Source: Flectonema sp. DT1601
Taxonomy: Eukaryota
NCBI GenBank assembly: GCA_964019425.1
Contig: OZ025786.1
Span: 1,364,001-1,428,000 of the forward strand
Reading direction: 5' to 3'
Length of the DNA: 64,000 nt
Notes under the pieces: model-generated
Database searches by the model: none
Told to the model about the DNA's origin: nothing
The model's input: the letters and a program-made list of their open reading frames with translations, nothing else
Shown here: positions 57,382-64,000 of the stretch, piece after piece
Layout: every line of letters begins with the position of its first letter
How positions within the stretch are numbered: the first letter of the stretch is position 1
Translations under genes and position numbers: made by a program

Positions 57382-59583
57382 ATGGATCGTCTGGATTCTA
57401 GTTTGCGACTACTTCGAAAACGAGCAGCGTTGTCAGAAGATGTGAAAAGTGAAGTACATGCTGTAAGGGAATGCAATACTATTACTGCAATTGATGACAG
57501 ATTTGAATCAGAGCTGAGAAAGATTCAAAGAGAGATATGCAACGATGAAGGAGAGGTCTTCAGACCAACTGCATTAATAGAAGAGATGTCAGTCAAAGGA
57601 TACGATTCTGATTTCATAGTAAGAATGCCAACAGAGGAAATGATCGCAAAACTGAAATCAAAACTTCAAAATGTTTGTGAAGTCGAATTTTTTTCAATCG
57701 AAGAGACAACGAACTACTTAGTTCAGGCGACATATAAAAACAAAATATACGAAACAACGCTAACGCTAAACTCCGAACACGAGAAGGATGCCGAGATAGC
57801 CGAACAGTATTCAAAAAGTTTATCGAAATGGGGAGGAATTTCTGATCTAATTGTCCTTCTAAAGTCTTGGTGCCTTTTATCATCTAACGCTGCCGCTTTT
57901 CAATTAAAAACAAGACTCCTACTGAGTCTTTCAATCATAACATGTAAAAGATATTATCCTGCGGGTTGTGATCAAATTGATCTGAACATTGTCTTCACAG
58001 CAGCTGTTGAGGAACTTCGCAGAAAACGACCATTTTCATGCATCGTAACAAAAGAAGTGCTCACAGACAGACTACCGTGGGATTTGTTACGCAATGCTGC
58101 GAAGGCTCAGCTGAAAAATCTTCCTCCTTTTGTGTCTCCAAAAAAGTGTGACAAATGCGGTCGTGGATTCTCTCCTGCGGAATATGACGAACACTACCCG
58201 TCGTGTAAAAAATGTGAAAAGTGTGGAGCAGAAAGAAATTCTGAAGGTGAAGTTTTTACATTTGCTCTTCTTAAGCAACATGAGCTATCCTGTATTGTCT
58301 GTTCTAAGTGTGGGATCACAAAGTACGGTGGTAAGCGGTTCACTGTATTAAGTCTAAAACAACACGAAGAAAAATGTTGTGTTTGTCAACGTTGTGGAGC
58401 AGGTGCTCCAGAGTTTGGGGAACTTACTAAGGAACAATTCGATAAACATGAGTCTGATTGTTTAAAATGCACTCGTTGTGGTACCAGTACATCTGAAACT
58501 GGTGAGCAATTCACTGCTAGCGCTGTCAAGCAACATGAAAAACGATGCATACGGTGTAAAAAGTGTGGCTGTACAAAAACCGACGGCTCCAGATTTACAG
58601 CCGCTACCCTCGAGCAACATGAGCAAACCTGTTGCAAATGCGAATTCTGTTTTGGAGAAAAAGACGAAAATGGCACCTACTTCACAAAAGCAACCCTTAA
58701 AACACATGAAGCAACCTGCACAAGATGCTCTAAGTGTGGAACACGTAAAGTTGATGGCAAGAGGTTAACAGTCACGTCTCTTCAAGACCATGAGAACGAA
58801 TGCTGTGTCTGTGAGTACTGTGGTGCCGTCAATGATCAAGACGGTTCTCCATTCTCTCTTATAACATTTAAGAATCACATAAAAACCTGTACGAAATGTC
58901 CAAAATGTGGTACTTCTAAAACACAAGGTCAACGATTCACTCCTCAGCGCCTTGCAGAGCATCTTATATCTTGTTGTAAGTGTCCTTATTGTGGATTAAA
59001 GGAACATACAGGGAAGACATTCACACAAGATTCATTAAAGGAGCATATTAAAACCTGTATGCAATGTAAACGATGTGGAAAGAGTCGAGAAAATGGAACA
59101 CACTTTGACAGAGAGACTCTTCAACAGCACGAATCTGAATGTTGTGTTTGTAAAAGATGTGGTGCCGGAGCAGGTGGAATTGGATCTCATTTTGATATGT
59201 CAACACTACGAGAACATGAGAGAGGCTGTCTTACATGTTGGAAGTGTCAAACTCAAGTTGGTGAAGCTGGTGACTCGTTCACTTCATCGTCTCTTAAATT
59301 CCATGAGCGCAGCTGCGTCTTTCGATGCACCAGATGCGGTGCAGCAAAAACAAACGGAAAACGCTTCACACAACAGACGTACAAGGCACACAGTCTGACC
59401 TGTTGTAGATGTGCTCGCTGCGGTACAACAACTTCGTCTGATGATACCCCGTTTACGGTCGATACACATCGCAGCCATGAAAGAAGCTGCCTGAGATGTG
59501 CGACTTGTGGTGCAAGCAGATCTCGTGGTAAAAAATTTACTCTGGCCGCTCTTTTGGAACACGAAGCAACTTGTGGAAAATAA
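57382..59583 (+). CDS. Protein with an N-terminal nucleotidyltransferase-like (OAS/DZF-like) region and 17 tandem C2HC zinc fingers
   Basis: KGYDSDFIV and LIVLLKSW; repeats CxxC-x(~11-18)-HxxxC counted 17 times. Confidence 0.8.
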   Translation: MDRLDSSLRLLRKRAALSEDVKSEVHAVRECNTITAIDDRFESELRKIQREICNDEGEVFRPTALIEEMSVKGYDSDFIVRMPTEEMIAKLKSKLQNVCEVEFFSIEETTNYLVQATYKNKIYETTLTLNSEHEKDAEIAEQYSKSLSKWGGISDLIVLLKSWCLLSSNAAAFQLKTRLLLSLSIITCKRYYPAGCDQIDLNIVFTAAVEELRRKRPFSCIVTKEVLTDRLPWDLLRNAAKAQLKNLPPFVSPKKCDKCGRGFSPAEYDEHYPSCKKCEKCGAERNSEGEVFTFALLKQHELSCIVCSKCGITKYGGKRFTVLSLKQHEEKCCVCQRCGAGAPEFGELTKEQFDKHESDCLKCTRCGTSTSETGEQFTASAVKQHEKRCIRCKKCGCTKTDGSRFTAATLEQHEQTCCKCEFCFGEKDENGTYFTKATLKTHEATCTRCSKCGTRKVDGKRLTVTSLQDHENECCVCEYCGAVNDQDGSPFSLITFKNHIKTCTKCPKCGTSKTQGQRFTPQRLAEHLISCCKCPYCGLKEHTGKTFTQDSLKEHIKTCMQCKRCGKSRENGTHFDRETLQQHESECCVCKRCGAGAGGIGSHFDMSTLREHERGCLTCWKCQTQVGEAGDSFTSSSLKFHERSCVFRCTRCGAAKTNGKRFTQQTYKAHSLTCCRCARCGTTTSSDDTPFTVDTHRSHERSCLRCATCGASRSRGKKFTLAALLEHEATCGK

Positions 59584-60131
59584 GAATATTAAACTTACCA
59601 ACTAAACTACACAATTCTAAATTGTGATGTGAAGTTCGCAGAATCTACTTATAGTGATGTTTGTGGGTTTGCAGGACAAACGTTACTTGATCTCAGCCTT
59701 AGCCGACTTATGGCTTCGTGCATTATGAATACGAAAAAAACAAAAAAAAAAGAATCATCAACATTTCAGTCAACCTGACTAAAATGTTTTAGTTTCGCCA
59801 TTTTTTATATATTTTATTTTTAAATTATTTTGTACCTTACGAGACTCGGGGATTTAAAAAAAAAAAAGGGGGGGGGAGGAGACAAGGCTCCTTTTTTTTT
59901 CAAAACACAAACTTTGCCGCAAGACTGCCATTTCATATATTTTGATTTGATCTTGAAAATGAGCTTTTGTATCTAAGAAAAAATAACAACGAAAAAAAAA
60001 AAAAAAAAAAAACGAAAAAAAAAAATTAATAAGGAGAAGAGAGAATTTGTTGTTTTTTTTTTACACAACAGCTACAGCTTTTTGTTAATATATATTTTTA
60101 TTTTCTTTAAAAAAAACAGTCGAATGGAGTT

Positions 60132-62456
60132 ATGACAAGTCTCTGGATTACTGTAAAAGGATTTTGGAATTCATTTTTAGACTTATTTGGATCACCTACC
60201 GACACCGAGCATGACCAACGCCGTAAAAAATGTATTATTTCCATTTCATTAATATCCTTGTGCGTCGACCTAATGACAGTAGGAAGTTGGTTTGCATTTC
60301 AATGGCTAAATATCGCACTTTGGATAGCTTTTTGTTCCTCAACCACGATGATCACAAATATATATTTGACAAAAAAGCTAACCGATCCCAAAATTGGAAT
60401 TTTCACTATCCTAATCGTGTTCTGTCTATTAGCAGGAGATTGGACCTCAGCCAGACTAATGCACACAAGAATATGGCCAGTCGTTATCATCTTCGCTGAC
60501 ATGCTACTGATTTGTAACGTACCGCACAGCTATACTAAAACATTGATATGGTCAATGGTGTTGTATTTATGTATTGATGAGCTTGAAAAAGTATTTAGGT
60601 TCGGATTGTATGACCCCCCATACTCGGACACATATGAAGGACGTGCAATTTGTGACTGTGAGATTCCACCATGTGCTATTCCCATTTCAACTGGTATTGT
60701 AGATGTTTCCCTGGCATGCAGTGTTTTTTTAGTGGATTTCGCAGTGACGCGTGGATTTGCTGAAGGAGTGCTAAGAGAAGAGAAGAAGTTGAGAGCGAGT
60801 TCCGAAGTAACTGAAAAGGTTGTTAAATGTATGGTTAGGTTTGACCTGGAACTTGCTGAAGAGATTCTACTGCAGGTATCTGAAACTGAAATGACAGGAG
60901 TACTGCTACAGTTGCTGAGTAATTTAAAAGTTTATCGACCATTTTTACCAACTGCTCTTTTTGAATTTGAGGACAGGCTTTCAACAGAAATACCTGTTCC
61001 CGGGATATCTGGGGAAGAAGTGGCAATCGTTTTTACTGATATCAAAAGCAGTTCACTGTGTTGGGAAGCTGCACCCGAAGCAATGGCACGAGCACTTCGA
61101 ATTCACAACTCTGTCATTGGCCAATGTATTGGTGACTTTGATGGCTATGAAGTCAAGACTATTGGAGATAGTTTTATGGTTTCCTTCTCATCAATTGTAA
61201 ATGCTTGTAGTTTTGGTTTAAATGTTCATCTTAAACTGCTGGAAACTTCATGGCCGCCCGACTTGCTATTAGTTCCAATTTGCATGCCTGACAATTCCGG
61301 AGAATGGAACGGCCTACGAGTTCGCATTGGCATTGCCTGGGGAGATGCGGTAGTAGAATCTCAGCGAACATCGAATAAGGTTGATTATTTCGGACCCATT
61401 GTCAATTTAGCAGCTCGGATAGAGAATGCTTGCGTACCTGGATCTGTATCTATATCTGAACCCGCCTACAACGAATTATCAAAAATTAACAAAAGTATGT
61501 CTGACCTGCTATCAGCAAAATGCATTGAAATGTCGTCAGTTAATCTCAGAGGAATCGGTATTAGGACATTATGGGCTTTAGTACCGTCTTGTCTTCCTTT
61601 GAGATGTGAAAGTGTTTTCAATGAAGTAAGAGGTGTACTACCAGAAGATGAGAAAAGTACGTCGACCTCACTTAATTCATTGCTGATGATGACTACGGTA
61701 TCTGAAACTTTATCAAAGAGAAGTTTTGATGAATCGAACTTGAGTAAACATTTTATTAGTGTGGGTCATATATCAGTGGCGACTGGTGACGATATAGCTG
61801 TCAATATGAACCAAGGATTACAACGGATTATCACTTCTTTAGAAAGGACATCTGGAATCGTAATCTCACTTGTCGGGAATTCGATCATAGCAGGGTGGAA
61901 TGTCAGTGGACGACATGATAATCATGTTGAGTGTTGTTTTAAATTCGTTCACTTTATATCTCGATATGGAACATCTGAGTTCACAGTTGGAGTCAGCAAT
62001 GGATCAGTCAACTATGGTCGAATAGGAGCTGTTGGACAACGTTTTGTTGCAGCAATTGGTCCATGTGTTCCTCTATCACAAAGTCTATGCTCTGCAGCTA
62101 AAGAACTTGGTGTTTGTTGTTTATATGGATCGACTGACAGTATCCTCAGCAGAGAAACAAGTCGAATGTTTTCACACGCTCTTCGACCCGTAGATGAGTG
62201 GACCGATCTTATACTTTATGGAAGACTCACTATAACACTTTATGAAGTTAACACCAAAGCTTTGATCCCTGAAATTAATGATCTCGAACAACAGGAAACC
62301 CCCAACTGGGAGTGGTCTGACGACTATTGGAAAGCATTTCACAGTAACGACGTTTCCTCTATCGCTGTAGCAGCGACTGATAATTTAGTTCTGAGTAAGA
62401 TTTTGGAACAGTTGTCGGAGGGTTCTCATTTGACTCATTCAATTATATTACAATGA
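60132..62456 (+). CDS. Membrane-bound class III adenylate cyclase (multi-TM N-terminus, one intact and one degenerate cyclase domain)
   Basis: IVFTDIKSS, YEVKTIGDSFM, RVRIGI, DYFGPIVNLAARIE; several hydrophobic segments in the first ~210 aa. Confidence 0.92.
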   Translation: MTSLWITVKGFWNSFLDLFGSPTDTEHDQRRKKCIISISLISLCVDLMTVGSWFAFQWLNIALWIAFCSSTTMITNIYLTKKLTDPKIGIFTILIVFCLLAGDWTSARLMHTRIWPVVIIFADMLLICNVPHSYTKTLIWSMVLYLCIDELEKVFRFGLYDPPYSDTYEGRAICDCEIPPCAIPISTGIVDVSLACSVFLVDFAVTRGFAEGVLREEKKLRASSEVTEKVVKCMVRFDLELAEEILLQVSETEMTGVLLQLLSNLKVYRPFLPTALFEFEDRLSTEIPVPGISGEEVAIVFTDIKSSSLCWEAAPEAMARALRIHNSVIGQCIGDFDGYEVKTIGDSFMVSFSSIVNACSFGLNVHLKLLETSWPPDLLLVPICMPDNSGEWNGLRVRIGIAWGDAVVESQRTSNKVDYFGPIVNLAARIENACVPGSVSISEPAYNELSKINKSMSDLLSAKCIEMSSVNLRGIGIRTLWALVPSCLPLRCESVFNEVRGVLPEDEKSTSTSLNSLLMMTTVSETLSKRSFDESNLSKHFISVGHISVATGDDIAVNMNQGLQRIITSLERTSGIVISLVGNSIIAGWNVSGRHDNHVECCFKFVHFISRYGTSEFTVGVSNGSVNYGRIGAVGQRFVAAIGPCVPLSQSLCSAAKELGVCCLYGSTDSILSRETSRMFSHALRPVDEWTDLILYGRLTITLYEVNTKALIPEINDLEQQETPNWEWSDDYWKAFHSNDVSSIAVAATDNLVLSKILEQLSEGSHLTHSIILQ

Positions 62457-62800
62457 TCCATTCATTACGTTTTGAAATCAAAAAAAAAAAAAAAAAAATT
62501 GTATTTCCATACAATAATATTTACACATTTCTTTATATTGAAAACGAAAAAAAGAAATTCTGGGTCCATGCTCCCTGCGTTCTTTGGTCAGCTTTGTTGA
62601 CACTGCCTATTAGTAATTTAAACTTTGCAGCCTCACAACGATATTCAGATGGGATCGTGGCGAGTGAACTTAAATAACGAACGTTGCCAATTATTTTCTC
62701 CTCTGTCCTCAGCTATTTAATTAATTTACCGGTTTTTTTTCCTTCATTCTTTCTCCCTTTCCAGCACGTGCGGGTTTAAAAAAAAAAAAAAAAAAAAAGA

Positions 62801-63478
62801 ATGCCAAAAAAAAAAAAGGGAAAGGGAGGTTCAAAAAAAGGAAAAGTTAAAACCGAAGTATCTGACAGCATCGAACAACTTCTTGAAGAAAGATATTATA
62901 TGGGACCTAACTATGCAGAGAAAAGAAAAGAGAGATACAGAGCTAAAATAAACGAAGCATTTAAAATGTTTGAAAGACACGTTGAGGGAGGAACTCAAAA
63001 CCCCAGAGAACGAATATGTGATTGGAGGGAAGTAAAAACTATTGTGAGATCTCTTAACCTGAATCCAACGAAGGAACAGATTGCTTCGATCCTCGACGAG
63101 GTTGAAGAACCAGAACCGTCTGCTTTCATTCGCTACGATAAGTTCGAAGAAGTGTTACTCGACATTTTAGTAAACAGCGAATACGTTCCAAAGAACAAAC
63201 GCGTACCTGCTGAAGGAGAAGTTGAAGAATTCACATCCAACCTACTCGTCAGAGACTCAGAAGAAACAATCATTGAAGCATTTCGTGCCCTAGACACTGC
63301 TCATAAAGGTGACATCGAAGCAGAAGCTTTGGGAAACCTAATGATGAAATTCGGACGTGCTGGAGAGGATTTCGAAAGAGAAGAAGTAGTCGACATGGTT
63401 CAAGCGGCAGCAGATCCCGATTCTGGATTGATAAAATATGAAGACTCTCTTTATATTGATCAACTAGCCAATGATTAA
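62801..63478 (+). CDS. DRC8: Calmodulin-like EF-hand protein, dynein regulatory complex subunit 8 (EFCAB2)-like
   Basis: AFKMF...REVKTIVRSL..NPT...VEEPEPSAFIRYDKFE...AFRALD...EEVVDMV.AA.DP..G.IKYED. Confidence 0.75.
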   Translation: MPKKKKGKGGSKKGKVKTEVSDSIEQLLEERYYMGPNYAEKRKERYRAKINEAFKMFERHVEGGTQNPRERICDWREVKTIVRSLNLNPTKEQIASILDEVEEPEPSAFIRYDKFEEVLLDILVNSEYVPKNKRVPAEGEVEEFTSNLLVRDSEETIIEAFRALDTAHKGDIEAEALGNLMMKFGRAGEDFEREEVVDMVQAAADPDSGLIKYEDSLYIDQLAND

Positions 63479-63830
63479 AGTTAACTATTGTCCCGCAAAT
63501 AACACTTGAGATTAGTAGAAATATTAATTTTTTTTTTCCCCTTCACCCTCCTTCCCCTTCCCCTAAGTACCCTTTCCGCGCAGTTGGTACCTTACGGCTC
63601 CAGGCGAAAGTAAAAAGTTAATTTCTTTTTTTTTTTTTTTAAAAAAAAAATAATTATTCACTTAATTTGACCAGATCAGAATAACAAAAAAAAAGGGAAT
63701 GATCCTCAGAGGGAAACATAAACAATCGACAACCTAAAAAAAAAAAAAAAAAAAAACAACATAAAAAAACCTATCTAAAACTACATAGAGTAGAATTAGA
63801 CATGAACGTGATCATTAAAAATTCGTAATT

Positions 63831-64000
63831 ATGTTGGAATCTTCAGCAGGCCACACTCCGTACAGCTCTGCCTTCAGTAGTCCTGTAGAAAAGGAATGGA
63901 GAGAAGCGCTTCGAATAACTGAGGAAAAGAGTAGAATGAGAAAAGGTCTCGAGTGGCGTGTAAAAGAAGAATCCGCTCACAGACGAACACACGTAAAACG
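63831..64000 (+). CDS. Possible 5' end of the next gene (open to the window edge)
   Basis: ATG at 63831 with no stop through 64000 (MLESSAGHTPYSSAFSSPVEKEW...). Confidence 0.5.
   Translation, partial: MLESSAGHTPYSSAFSSPVEKEWREALRITEEKSRMRKGLEWRVKEESAHRRTHVK

Overview
Eukaryotic genomic DNA, AT-rich with long poly-A/poly-T runs and short GT-AG introns. A euglenozoan, probably diplonemid-like, origin is inferred from every host gene lying on the + strand, a multi-TM adenylate cyclase and a VIPER/TATE-type retroelement. The window has two compartments. (1) 1 to ~22 kb is a nested mobile-element pile. It is dominated by an apparently non-coding mobile module: a hairpin-rich ~100-125 bp tandem array plus a ~420 bp terminal block with a fixed ...ATCGA(A)ATTC end, six terminal copies, and one provable insertion with no TSD. 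Interleaved with it are Mutator-like MITEs (9-bp TSD), a TA-targeting MITE, a nearly complete gag-YR-RT/RNaseH tyrosine-recombinase retrotransposon with split direct repeats, a Polinton/Maverick-type DNA polymerase B fragment and a non-LTR RT fragment. (2) ~22-64 kb is a unidirectional cluster of about 17 host genes. These include ARPC1, an Sfp-type PPTase, an FCP/NIF phosphatase, a pseudo-metacaspase, an RTF1-like protein, hnRNP H/F-like, a degenerate PolX, an NTase-like protein with 17 C2HC fingers, an adenylate cyclase and DRC8-like. A few TE insertions lie between these genes. All family calls come from motif recognition by eye; no searches were run.
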